A stretch of 56,545 nucleotides of DNA, taken from a virus (taxonomy: Duplodnaviria; Caudoviricetes). The position numbers were made by a program, and so were the translations under genes. Under the pieces are notes generated by a model. The model was not told the origin of the DNA. It saw only the letters and a program-made list of their open reading frames with translations, and did no database searches. The stretch spans positions 1 to 56,545 of the IMG/VR virus record IMGVR_UViG_3300042543_000175; one strand, given 5' to 3'. This document shows positions 1 through 8,600 of this stretch, piece by piece. Every line of letters begins with the position of its first letter. The first letter of the stretch is position 1.

Positions 1-1716
1 AAACAATACCGAATGAGGCTCAAAAGTCTGTCCTTGTCCCACTCCTTCAGATTGTTTAGTGCGAACAGTTTTGCCTTCGGGCGTCACCTCGTAAGTGCTT
101 CCTTGGGCTGTAGTAAATCCAGCTACTGTCGGTTTTTCGGCAGGAACGGCTTCTGCGGGCGTTGGAATCGGCGTGGGCGGCTCCTCCCTCTCTACGATCT
201 CTGGAGGCTCTACAGGGGCTACTGCGCCTTCGGGAGTGGGGACTACGGGAGGAGTTACAGGAACAGTGGGTTCAACCCCGCCTTCCCCCTCCTCTTCTAG
301 TTCTATTCCTGCTGCTGCGGTAGCTTCTTCTTGGAGACGGGCTACTCGCTGTTCGGGGGTTTCCTGAACAGTCTCAGCAATGATGGCATCGGCTTGTCTG
401 GCTACTGTTTCGGCGCTCGCGGGAGCAATATCCTTATTAGCCTCAGAAGACACCTTGGCTTTGGCTGCGGCGTTTTCCTTGGGATTGCCAGAGATAAATC
501 CACCAACCCCGCCAATAGCCCCGCCGCCCAGACCCCCCAAGGCGGAAGCATTGATGTATTCATTGATAGCCTCATCACTAAGGATATCTTTTCCTGCACC
601 AAAACGCTCTCCAACGGTTTGAACGGCTTCGGTTGCCGCCTCACCAACAGTTCCGATACCGCCAGCCACTGCCGCGCCAGCCAGCCTTCCAGCAGGAAGC
701 TTGTCTGAAAGTTTGCCCTTCAAGAGATCCAATCCAAATTTATCGACAACGCCTTCTATGCCGCCAGTGGCAACGCCCGTTCCCCAGATACGCGCCAAAT
801 CAACACCAGTAAGTTCCCGCCCTTCTGCTCGCGCCTGCTCTTCGGCTGATCCATAGATTGAACCAAGCTGCATTCCAACAGCATTAGCAAAAATGGCAGC
901 GTTAGATCCGATCTCCTTACCAGCCTGACGCTTGACAGCTTCTTGAGATGCGCGTTTGGCAACTTGCTCGGCTGTTAATTCAATGCCTTCTTTTTTAGCT
1001 TGGTTGGCAACAATTTTGGTTGCTTGGTTGGCAATGGCTTTTTCAACAAGATTTTTAGCAAGGGCTTTGAATCCAGTTTTCCCAGCCGCTGCAATTACTG
1101 CTCCTCCTGCCGCTGCTGGGGCTGCTGTAGGCCCGCCAGCCGCTCCCGCTGCACCGCCAGCTATGCCGCCCAAAACAGCAACTGCCGCTGTTTCTCCAAG
1201 TTGTCCAAGAGCATAGCCGATTCCGTATTGCGCCCAATCAACAAGTGCCCCAACATCACCTTCTTTTGCGCGTTGCCAAGCCACTGTAACATCATCGGTT
1301 TCTTTGGAGATTGGCTCCATGCTCTCAGCCCAATCCTGATATCCCTTGAATCCAAAATCCCGAAGACTCTCTCCATAACCCGTAATCTGTTCTGCGGTTT
1401 CCCCGACCAAACCCGCAACCCCATAAGCTAACTGCGGAACTTGCCGCATCGAAACTTCAAGACCTCGGAGCGTATCCCAGCTATTATCCCTTGGCTCTTC
1501 TACTACTGGTTGTGTTTCAAACCCATAAAGATCTAAATCACTAACTGGCTTTACGCCAAGAGCCTCAAAATCTATTTCGGTTTTTTTCGCTGGTTGTTCC
1601 TCTTCTTGCACGGAAGAAAGTCCAAACAAGTCTTCGTCACTAACGGGCTTAACGCCCAAAGCCTCAAAGTCTATGGCTGGTTGCCCGACAATAGTATCAT
1701 CTTTCTGGATGGCCAT
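1..1716 (-). CDS. Large internal virion/ejection-type protein, N-terminal 572 aa (runs off the window; absent from the ORF track)
   Basis: ATG at 1716 right after the upstream stop; reads open to position 1 (MAIQKDDTIVGQPAIDFEALGVKPVSD...); Gly/Ala-rich hydrophobic helices then a Pro/Glu-rich linker; last gene of the virion operon. Confidence 0.7.
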   Translation of the reverse strand, partial: MAIQKDDTIVGQPAIDFEALGVKPVSDEDLFGLSSVQEEEQPAKKTEIDFEALGVKPVSDLDLYGFETQPVVEEPRDNSWDTLRGLEVSMRQVPQLAYGVAGLVGETAEQITGYGESLRDFGFKGYQDWAESMEPISKETDDVTVAWQRAKEGDVGALVDWAQYGIGYALGQLGETAAVAVLGGIAGGAAGAAGGPTAAPAAAGGAVIAAAGKTGFKALAKNLVEKAIANQATKIVANQAKKEGIELTAEQVAKRASQEAVKRQAGKEIGSNAAIFANAVGMQLGSIYGSAEEQARAEGRELTGVDLARIWGTGVATGGIEGVVDKFGLDLLKGKLSDKLPAGRLAGAAVAGGIGTVGEAATEAVQTVGERFGAGKDILSDEAINEYINASALGGLGGGAIGGVGGFISGNPKENAAAKAKVSSEANKDIAPASAETVARQADAIIAETVQETPEQRVARLQEEATAAAGIELEEEGEGGVEPTVPVTPPVVPTPEGAVAPVEPPEIVEREEPPTPIPTPAEAVPAEKPTVAGFTTAQGSTYEVTPEGKTVRTKQSEGVGQGQTFEPHSVLF

Positions 1717-1719
1717 TAT

Positions 1720-2928
1720 TTACGGAATGTCTATTGCGATTCTTCCAATAAAAGCTCTAACTCCAGACGGAATTTTCCCTGCGTCTTTTGCCGCTTTAAA
1801 GTCTTCTTGATTGTCAAAAGCGAAACCACGAAGCGCAGCTTTGTCGATTTGCTTATCGATTAAGTTATCCTTTGCAGCCTGAAGGCTAGATTGTTGAGTG
1901 GCCGACAGAGATTTACGACCAGCCAAAGAGGCATTTAATTTGCGAAGATCCTCTGTTGCTCTGCGAATTTCTTTTTGGATCTCTCGTTCTTGAGATGTAA
2001 TGTTTTTTTCTTCAGCAACATTCGCTTGCGCTTCTGCCCTGCGAGTTTCAGTAGCTATGGCCCTTTCTTCTGCTTTGCTGGCCTCCTCTGCTTTTAAGAA
2101 ATCACCAGCATCAGCAATTGCGCTTAGATTTGGTTTAAACATACCGCGCTCGTCGTATGAACCAAATTCTTCAAATGGTCTTTTTGTTGCGGCTGAAATT
2201 TTAGCAGCCTCCAATTCTTGCTGTTGGGATTGTTGAATATTGCGATCACGAACTTTCAATGCATCATTAAGAAGCCCGCCCAATGTTTCTTTAACATACT
2301 GTTTTTCCATACCAAATGGATTCATTGCCATGACAGATTGAATTCGTTCTACAGCATTTTCATCGTTGATATTGATGGGGCTAACCCTGACTCCATCTGG
2401 GCGAGTGTAACCCATAACAGAATTCATTGCGTTTTGAGCCTGCTTAGATGCTTCTTCTTCGCGAAATTCTTTGGCAAGACCAGCCTTGCGAGCCGCATCT
2501 TGTTCTGCAACCATTCTGGCCTCTTGTGATCTTTGGATTGCGATGCGCTCCTGTTCTGCTTCTAGTTGCTTGGCAAACTTTTCCTCCTCCATCCTCATCT
2601 CATATTGCTTATCCCACTCTTGTTGCATACGAAGACCTCTGCGGGTTGTGGCTTCGGGGCGTTCTCCCATTCCCCCATAAGCTTTTGGAAGATCCATTGG
2701 ATCACGGCGACCAGCCATAACTTCAGAAGCAACCCAAGCATCTTTTTCTGCTCGTGTTGCCATGGGAGATATTCCTCTTCCAGCTTCAAATCTTTCACGT
2801 TGTTGTGTTCCCAATGGAGAAAGTCCTGCTTCAGCATAGGCTTGGCGCGTTTCTCCAGAAGCAAGCGGAGAAACCCCGAATCCCATACGCTCCCTAATAA
2901 TATCAGTAGATGTTAGCGGTTCGGCCAT
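1720..2928 (-). CDS. Putative internal virion (ejection) protein, coiled-coil
   Basis: Long ORF; likely start MAEPLTS at 2928 next to the upstream stop; E/K/A/Q-rich helical sequence; position in operon. Confidence 0.55.
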   Translation of the reverse strand: MAEPLTSTDIIRERMGFGVSPLASGETRQAYAEAGLSPLGTQQRERFEAGRGISPMATRAEKDAWVASEVMAGRRDPMDLPKAYGGMGERPEATTRRGLRMQQEWDKQYEMRMEEEKFAKQLEAEQERIAIQRSQEARMVAEQDAARKAGLAKEFREEEASKQAQNAMNSVMGYTRPDGVRVSPININDENAVERIQSVMAMNPFGMEKQYVKETLGGLLNDALKVRDRNIQQSQQQELEAAKISAATKRPFEEFGSYDERGMFKPNLSAIADAGDFLKAEEASKAEERAIATETRRAEAQANVAEEKNITSQEREIQKEIRRATEDLRKLNASLAGRKSLSATQQSSLQAAKDNLIDKQIDKAALRGFAFDNQEDFKAAKDAGKIPSGVRAFIGRIAIDIP

Positions 2929-2929
2929 A

Positions 2930-4042
2930 TTACGCTCTTTCAAAAATCCTCCTACGCTGCTCATCTGTTATTGTAGATGAAGCAAGACTTGAAGCGGCTG
3001 GCTGCGGCCCGCCAAGTCGCGATCCAATTCCGCTACGATTAGCAAAAAGAGAAGGAGCTTGAGCCAACGGCCCGCGAAAATCAGGAGCCTGTCCGACAGA
3101 TCTTTGCATTGCGCCAAATCCAGTAGATGCCAAAATGGGGGCATTGCGCTCAACTCTTTGAGCCACCGCTTCTTGAGATTGTGGGAACAAACCAACAAGC
3201 GATTGACCGAATCTTCCTTGTGGCGCTGGTGTAGCAGCAAATCTTGGGCCTCGGCTTTCTCCAAATTCCCTCATGGTCTGTGTGTAGTTGCTGGCAATTT
3301 TTTGACCAGCATTTCTCATTTGTGCAAGCAGTGCCTGTTGCTGTTCGGGTGTTCTACTTCCTCCAAATCCAGCATTTGGTTCTGATGCTTTCATTGCTGC
3401 TAAAGAAACCCCAGAAATGTCTTTTGGAGTAAATGTATTTCTTCCTTGGTTTCTAGCCTGTTCGGTTGCTCTAGCAATAGCAGAAATATCTCCAGTTGCT
3501 TTAGCGGCTTGAACCAACGGGTTTTGACTCCAGTCTGAAATTCTAGCAAAACCAGCCATTGGTCGAGATGCTTGTTCTGTGGCACTTGATGGCAAGATTG
3601 GTTGAGTTGTAGGTTGTGCTTGACTCTGAACTGGCATGGATAGGGCTGAAGAAATCTGTTGAGGTGCGGCAGCAGAATAACTAGAAAATGGAGTTTGTGT
3701 TTTTGTTACATCAAACCTTGGAAGGCCAGCCGTTGCAGCAAAAAGTCCATAGTTATACGGTTGACTTGCTGGTTGTGGAGCGGGCTGTGGCTCGTTCCCC
3801 ATTCCAAACATGGAACCAAACACAGGGCTGGTTCCCATAAGTGGCCCCTTATATTGAAGTTGCGAGAGTGATGCCCCAGCAGGCGGAACACTAACACCAG
3901 CCATGGTTGGGGGAGGGGTTCCAACAGCAGGAGTAAATGCCTGCATGATAGACTGTCCAACGCCGCGCAAAAAATCTCCAGTGCGTTGTGATGAAGGAAA
4001 AAGCGGCTTTCCTAAAATGGTTGGATTAAAATCAATGGCCAT
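2930..4042 (-). CDS. Putative internal virion protein, low-complexity A/Q/P/G/S-rich
   Basis: 370-aa ORF tightly packed between neighbours; function inferred from synteny only. Confidence 0.5.
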   Translation of the reverse strand: MAIDFNPTILGKPLFPSSQRTGDFLRGVGQSIMQAFTPAVGTPPPTMAGVSVPPAGASLSQLQYKGPLMGTSPVFGSMFGMGNEPQPAPQPASQPYNYGLFAATAGLPRFDVTKTQTPFSSYSAAAPQQISSALSMPVQSQAQPTTQPILPSSATEQASRPMAGFARISDWSQNPLVQAAKATGDISAIARATEQARNQGRNTFTPKDISGVSLAAMKASEPNAGFGGSRTPEQQQALLAQMRNAGQKIASNYTQTMREFGESRGPRFAATPAPQGRFGQSLVGLFPQSQEAVAQRVERNAPILASTGFGAMQRSVGQAPDFRGPLAQAPSLFANRSGIGSRLGGPQPAASSLASSTITDEQRRRIFERA

Positions 4043-4046
4043 AAAA

Positions 4047-5051
4047 TCAAGTCATATTTACGAGTCGGCGGGTTAGCCAAGGAGCAATTTGCATAACTCC
4101 TTCTTGCCCTGCGTTATACTCTTTTAGTTCGGCATTGAGAAGAAGAATCGCACGATCCATGTAGTATTGGCCGCGCTCTACATCAGCTTTCTCTTCGGCG
4201 TTCAGAGCCATAAGGCCCAGCTTGATGGCTTCCAAGGAATCAGGATAAAGCGGATCATTGTCGCTAATGGCCCAACAATGCTTGCGCTTGAAGATGCCTT
4301 GGACGCTATCCCAATTGCGATCCACTAGATAGCGGCGGTAGCTTATAGCCCGCTCCCCAGCCTCATACTTGGCCAATGTGGTCGCTCCCGCCGATAGGGA
4401 GATAACGCCCGTGGTAGGGGTTTTCTCGACAGAATAGATCTCCTTGAATGTCTGTGATGTGGTCTGGGTTCCGTCTCCAAGGTCAAGACGAATTCCCTCC
4501 ACTCGTTCATTATCAACGTCAGAATAAATTTTATTCCCATTTGAGTCCTTTCCGCGAATCCAGATGTAGCTTCCAGCACATTCAGTCTCGCTGCTAGATA
4601 GGGTAAGTGCTGATGCGGTCTCAATGTCCCGAAAGGTAACAAAGCCTTCACCCATGTCTTGAATCGGGCCGTAGTATTTCTCGTCGGTCTTGCGGATGCC
4701 GCGCCCTTGGGGTAGATACTGATACCATTCGCTTTGGACTGCGTTTGTTTTATATCCAGATTTACCCGCCCGAATACAGGTCTCCAGATGGCGAGGGAGA
4801 GTGATAAACTTATTATCGTTGGCGTCCTCGTAGGCCGTTATTGTTGCTTGTACCAGAGTACCAAGCCATTTACCCTCGCTCAAGACCCTCTCGCAGAAGC
4901 GATTAATATTATTACGGAGTTCGGCGTCCGCATCAAAACCCGCCAGATCGGGAGGATCGGCAACAGGTCGGACGGACGCAGGAATTCTCTCGCAACAAAG
5001 CCCAAGGGAAAGACTCGACATAATTGGCAAAGAAATTACCACCTTCGCCAC
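4047..5051 (-). CDS. Putative tail tubular/head-tail adaptor protein
   Basis: 334-aa ORF upstream of ejection-like genes with a helical C-terminus; synteny inference; start uncertain. Confidence 0.4.
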   Translation of the reverse strand: MAKVVISLPIMSSLSLGLCCERIPASVRPVADPPDLAGFDADAELRNNINRFCERVLSEGKWLGTLVQATITAYEDANDNKFITLPRHLETCIRAGKSGYKTNAVQSEWYQYLPQGRGIRKTDEKYYGPIQDMGEGFVTFRDIETASALTLSSSETECAGSYIWIRGKDSNGNKIYSDVDNERVEGIRLDLGDGTQTTSQTFKEIYSVEKTPTTGVISLSAGATTLAKYEAGERAISYRRYLVDRNWDSVQGIFKRKHCWAISDNDPLYPDSLEAIKLGLMALNAEEKADVERGQYYMDRAILLLNAELKEYNAGQEGVMQIAPWLTRRLVNMT

Positions 5052-5068
5052 AGAAGGTCAATAGCGGA

Positions 5069-5866
5069 TTATTGCTTGAAAAGTAAATCCGCAGAAGCCC
5101 CACTTCCAACCCACGGCAAAAATTGTTTAAGATCTTTTACGGGCCACTCCGTATTACTTTGCAGTCTCTCCCAATCCTCACAGGCATTCTCGTATCCACC
5201 TTTGTATATACGTTGTTTCTGGGCCACTTGTTGCGGGGTCACCCATGCCATATGAAGGATCTTGCCTACCGTCATGGAGGTCTTTCCACGATCTAGAAGC
5301 TTGCCCTTATTCCCGTTGAAGATCGGGGGCTCATGGCGCTCCATCCAAAGCCCAACACTATACCGCCAAGCCCGAATCCACTCATTCTTCCTATTTCCAT
5401 AACCATCTGTAGATGTGGATTTTACGTTAGGGCCAAGCATGTAATCCATTTCAAACTGAGCGGTATTGGTTTCGGGGTTTGCGGCGAATAGTTCGACTAA
5501 TCTCCGCATCTGCTCTTCAGTCCATAACTCGTCGCTATCCATTTGAAGTAAGACGCCATCTTTTTTAAAGGCGGTCAACGCCGCATTAATCATCTCGGTC
5601 TTGCCTCCCCACTCAGACTTGCTATTAACCGTGATTCGGGGATGGGATGCTAGGGCTTGCAGGAATTGATGGGTGCCGTCATGGGAGACTTTCCCTGTCT
5701 GGTTGCCCATCCAAGCAGTGTCCTTCTGGGGCATCGCCGCCCCCTCCACAATCGACCAATGCCAGTCGGTGTCTCTTAGTCGGCACAACTCCGCAAACTG
5801 CGCCCCGATCCACGGAGAACCATCAAGAACAATTGTAAATATGTTGAGGGTCACAACCCGTCCCAA
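5069..5866 (-). CDS. Glycosyltransferase, GT-A/GT2-like
   Basis: DxD motif in LLQMDSDELW, N-terminal IFTIVLDG strand, HEPP and ILH motifs. Confidence 0.7.
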   Translation of the reverse strand: MGRVVTLNIFTIVLDGSPWIGAQFAELCRLRDTDWHWSIVEGAAMPQKDTAWMGNQTGKVSHDGTHQFLQALASHPRITVNSKSEWGGKTEMINAALTAFKKDGVLLQMDSDELWTEEQMRRLVELFAANPETNTAQFEMDYMLGPNVKSTSTDGYGNRKNEWIRAWRYSVGLWMERHEPPIFNGNKGKLLDRGKTSMTVGKILHMAWVTPQQVAQKQRIYKGGYENACEDWERLQSNTEWPVKDLKQFLPWVGSGASADLLFKQ

Positions 5867-6078
5867 AGATCTCCCTGACCAAGCTTATCCAGATACTCTC
5901 CAAAGGTAATTAGCTGTTCTTCGTTATAGATATAGTCGAATAGATGATCTCGGAGTTTATCTTCTCCATCTAATCCAAGCTCAAAGCACAAGGACTCAAA
6001 GTAAGCATCTTGAACCCGCGAGAGTTCGTTGATGAAGTCTTTGACCTTGAAGATGCTATCGTCTGGGTGTGGTTTCAT
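5851..6078 (-). CDS. Hypothetical acidic protein
   Basis: 75-aa ORF, start overlaps upstream stop. Confidence 0.6.
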   Translation of the reverse strand: MKPHPDDSIFKVKDFINELSRVQDAYFESLCFELGLDGEDKLRDHLFDYIYNEEQLITFGEYLDKLGQGDLWDGL

Positions 6079-6212
6079 TTTTCTTTAAACCCACCCTTTT
6101 TGCTCTTCATCTTCTTATAGACCTTGGGGTCAATAGTTGATTTGGATTTCGGGCGGCTAGTGCCAGCCTTCTTCCTTGCGTTGATATTGTCGTATAGTCC
6201 TCGTTTTTTCAT
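6075..6212 (-). CDS. Small very basic phage protein
   Basis: MKKRGLYDNINARKKAGTSRPKSKSTI..., 45 aa, a type recurrent in phage late regions. Confidence 0.65.
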   Translation of the reverse strand: MKKRGLYDNINARKKAGTSRPKSKSTIDPKVYKKMKSKKGGFKEK

Positions 6213-6216
6213 AGTA

Positions 6217-6474
6217 TTAGCATTCCCATTTTTTGCGCGACCAGTAATTGGCCGACAGTTTGTTACTTGTTCCCTTGATACCGCCAGAACGCGCACAGTA
6301 GCTTTTCTTTCGGGCTGGCTGGTCTTTCTTGATCGACATCGTGGGATCTCCGAAGCGAACTAGTTTCACTTCATCTCCCTGTTTGGCAAGGACGGCGAAT
6401 TTTTTAGGGCCGTTGGCCGTGCGTTTTGGCTTGTTATAGCCACTGAACTTTTCTCCTCTGTATTCTATGCTCAT
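6217..6474 (-). CDS. Small basic conserved phage protein (KLVRFGDP...SYCARS...SANYWS)
   Basis: Start MSIEYRG at 6474; motif pattern of a widespread phage hypothetical family. Confidence 0.7.
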   Translation of the reverse strand: MSIEYRGEKFSGYNKPKRTANGPKKFAVLAKQGDEVKLVRFGDPTMSIKKDQPARKKSYCARSGGIKGTSNKLSANYWSRKKWEC

Positions 6475-6479
6475 ATTTA

Positions 6480-7349
6480 TTAATTGGTTTTTAGGTTTCT
6501 TCCGAATTGGCAGAACTGGCGCACTCGACAGTAGTCCATACACCGCGCACAACTCCCTTCCCGTCTCTCGACGGCACCAGAAATTCTTTTTGCGTGTTCT
6601 TTAGCCTCAGATTCAGATTCGTACAGCCCTCCATTAACGGCACGTTTCGCTCCTTCTTTCGGGAGGACGGCGTAGATGGTGGGCTTTTCCCACCGCTCTT
6701 CTGGTGTGCAGATCGGGATCTGGTCATCGGAAAGTTCTTTTGCTTGTTGGTGGAGTGTAATACGGCTTTTGATATATGCAAACGTTTCTTCGGGCTTCCA
6801 TGCATCCAGTTTGATTTCCACAATCGCACACTTTGGATAGTCGGCCTTGATTTTAGAATCCCGCATCCTCCAATCTTTCATTACTAAGATGATGGCTGCG
6901 CGTTTCACTGAATAGCCATTGTGTTCCAGTAGCAGGCGGTTGACCGCCGCCTGTGCCGTCCACTCAAACCTGTCATCACTCATGGCCTTGTAGACGCTAC
7001 TCACCTTGTAGTCATAGAGGACTTGCTCCTGTTTGTCATAGAGATCGATCTGGCCTCCGAGTTTCACGCCATCAACATCCATGTAGAATCTCTCCTCGCA
7101 GACGTAGCGTTCGGGGTTGCGCTTGGCAATTTGTTCTAGAACGTAGTGGTTGGCTGTCCCCAACATTGTCCATACCCGATCCGAAGCATCTTCGGTGATG
7201 GTATCGGCATGACGCCGCATTAACTCCCGAATCTTCGGAGGTTGGAAGAGGCTCGTTGTGGTGATGTCTGCCTCCCCCGCCGAATATGAAGACTCGCTCA
7301 CCAAGTCAACGAACGGCTGGGGGAGATTGAATGTATTAGTGACAGTCAC
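6480..7349 (-). CDS. PD-(D/E)XK exonuclease, Cas4/RecB-like
   Basis: GTANH motif, GQIDLYD...YDYK catalytic motifs, C-terminal Cys cluster (CMDYCRVRQFC). Confidence 0.8.
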   Translation of the reverse strand: MTVTNTFNLPQPFVDLVSESSYSAGEADITTTSLFQPPKIRELMRRHADTITEDASDRVWTMLGTANHYVLEQIAKRNPERYVCEERFYMDVDGVKLGGQIDLYDKQEQVLYDYKVSSVYKAMSDDRFEWTAQAAVNRLLLEHNGYSVKRAAIILVMKDWRMRDSKIKADYPKCAIVEIKLDAWKPEETFAYIKSRITLHQQAKELSDDQIPICTPEERWEKPTIYAVLPKEGAKRAVNGGLYESESEAKEHAKRISGAVERREGSCARCMDYCRVRQFCQFGRNLKTN

Positions 7350-7510
7350 TAGCGTTTCTTTTTCTTTTTGCTCATGCCAGCCTCGCTGAGTGCGATGGCC
7401 ACAGCCTGTTTCTGGCTGGTAACTTTCTTACCAGAACCGCTTTTGAGTTTCCCGCTGCCATACTCGCGCATGACCTTACTGATCTTTTTTTCTCCTTTGG
7501 ATTTCTTCAT
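7349..7510 (-). CDS. DUF6496-like small basic protein (53 aa, below ORF-track cutoff)
   Basis: Translates MKKSKGEKKISKVMREYGSGKLKSGSGKKVTSQKQAVAIALSEAG... Confidence 0.75.
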   Translation of the reverse strand: MKKSKGEKKISKVMREYGSGKLKSGSGKKVTSQKQAVAIALSEAGMSKKKKKR

Positions 7511-7513
7511 ATA

Positions 7514-7774
7514 CTATGCTGCTATTTCTAGTTGGTTGTTGTTGGTTGGCTTCGGCGTTTCGACGCCCAAGAGTTTACAGAGGTATCTGATGTGGAAGCA
7601 CTCTTTGCGGAAGTGATAGCCTGAACAAGTGCAGGAACATCCTGTGATGTCTCCCGCTTCATCGGTAGTGAACTCCACCAAGTAGTAGTCTTCGCGATTA
7701 GACCGACTTTGAACGAGGAATGATCCCTTATCATGCGACAGAATTTCGATGCCGCGCTCTCGCTCATCAGTCAT
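7514..7774 (-). CDS. SWIM zinc-finger protein
   Basis: CTC...CFH (CxC-xn-CxH) preceded by beta strands. Confidence 0.75.
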   Translation of the reverse strand: MTDERERGIEILSHDKGSFLVQSRSNREDYYLVEFTTDEAGDITGCSCTCSGYHFRKECFHIRYLCKLLGVETPKPTNNNQLEIAA

Positions 7775-8390
7775 TCGCTTGAGGATTTTTCAAGGATTCG
7801 GCCTTGCTTGCCCCGAAGCCAAGTTGTTCGGGCGTGTATGCCGTGATGGGCATTGCTGAAATATGGCCTTGGCGATCTGCCTGAATGAAGAGGGTGGTTG
7901 CAATTCCCTGACGATGCTGCTCTGGAAGGTTGAGTTCCACCGCAATGTCGTTGGCCTTCTTGACGCATAGACGCATCAGATTTGCCGCCTGACAGAGGAA
8001 TTGCTTGGCGTCCTTATCTGGATGGGCTGGGGCCGTAATGACCTTTTCTGCGGGCTTCTGAGCTTGTTGCGGGGCGCTCTGGGCTGCGGGCAGGCTGGAA
8101 GCGGGAACCCCAGCAGGCTGAATCTCCATGGAATCGGTCTTCTGCTTAGAGTTGCCAGAAGCAATAAGTACCACAGACTTGCCGACATATTGCTGGAATT
8201 TCGATGCAATGTCCTTGTTCTCAGTAAAATACACATGAGCTACGCCGTCAACGATCAATTCGATAACGCACAGGCTGTTTGACTTCACCCATTTAGGGGG
8301 CGATTTAACTGATACGAGCTTCGGCCCATTTTTGGCCAAAGTAAAATGTGAGAGGATTGGTGCTTTAGGTTGGTTGGATTGATATGCCAT
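7767..8390 (-). CDS. Hypothetical protein, possibly ssDNA-binding/recombination
   Basis: 207 aa; beta-rich N-terminus, A/P/Q linker, helical C-terminus; next to the exonuclease. Confidence 0.45.
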   Translation of the reverse strand: MAYQSNQPKAPILSHFTLAKNGPKLVSVKSPPKWVKSNSLCVIELIVDGVAHVYFTENKDIASKFQQYVGKSVVLIASGNSKQKTDSMEIQPAGVPASSLPAAQSAPQQAQKPAEKVITAPAHPDKDAKQFLCQAANLMRLCVKKANDIAVELNLPEQHRQGIATTLFIQADRQGHISAMPITAYTPEQLGFGASKAESLKNPQAND

Positions 8391-8437
8391 ATAGGTAGAT
8401 GTTCGTTATATCCGACAACCCAACTTGTCAAGCGTTC

Positions 8438-8474
8438 AAAAAAAGCGGGGCCGAGTTTTTAGCCCGACCCCGCT
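8438..8474 (-). terminator. Intrinsic terminator (minus strand)
   Basis: AGCGGGG...CCCCGCT stem followed by a U-tract on the minus strand. Confidence 0.7.
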
Positions 8475-8519
8475 CCACACACACATTGAAAACAGGAAGA
8501 CGAATGCCCTCCAATCTGC

Positions 8520-8589
8520 AATCTAGCAAAGACACGGAATCATGCAAGCGGAAAATCATCTTGCCGCCACCTTCTTTTTAGAGTAGATT
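8520..8589. promoter_or_regulatory. Back-to-back sigma70-type promoters
   Basis: Plus: TTGCCG(8561)-17-TAGATT(8584); minus: TTGCAT(8547)-16-TAGATT(8525). Confidence 0.5.
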
Positions 8590-8600
8590 TTCGGGATTCT

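Noticed and set aside
6480-7349. Cas4-like gene as a sign of CRISPR-Cas
   Set aside because: No repeat-spacer array or other cas genes; solo Cas4-like exonucleases are common in phages.
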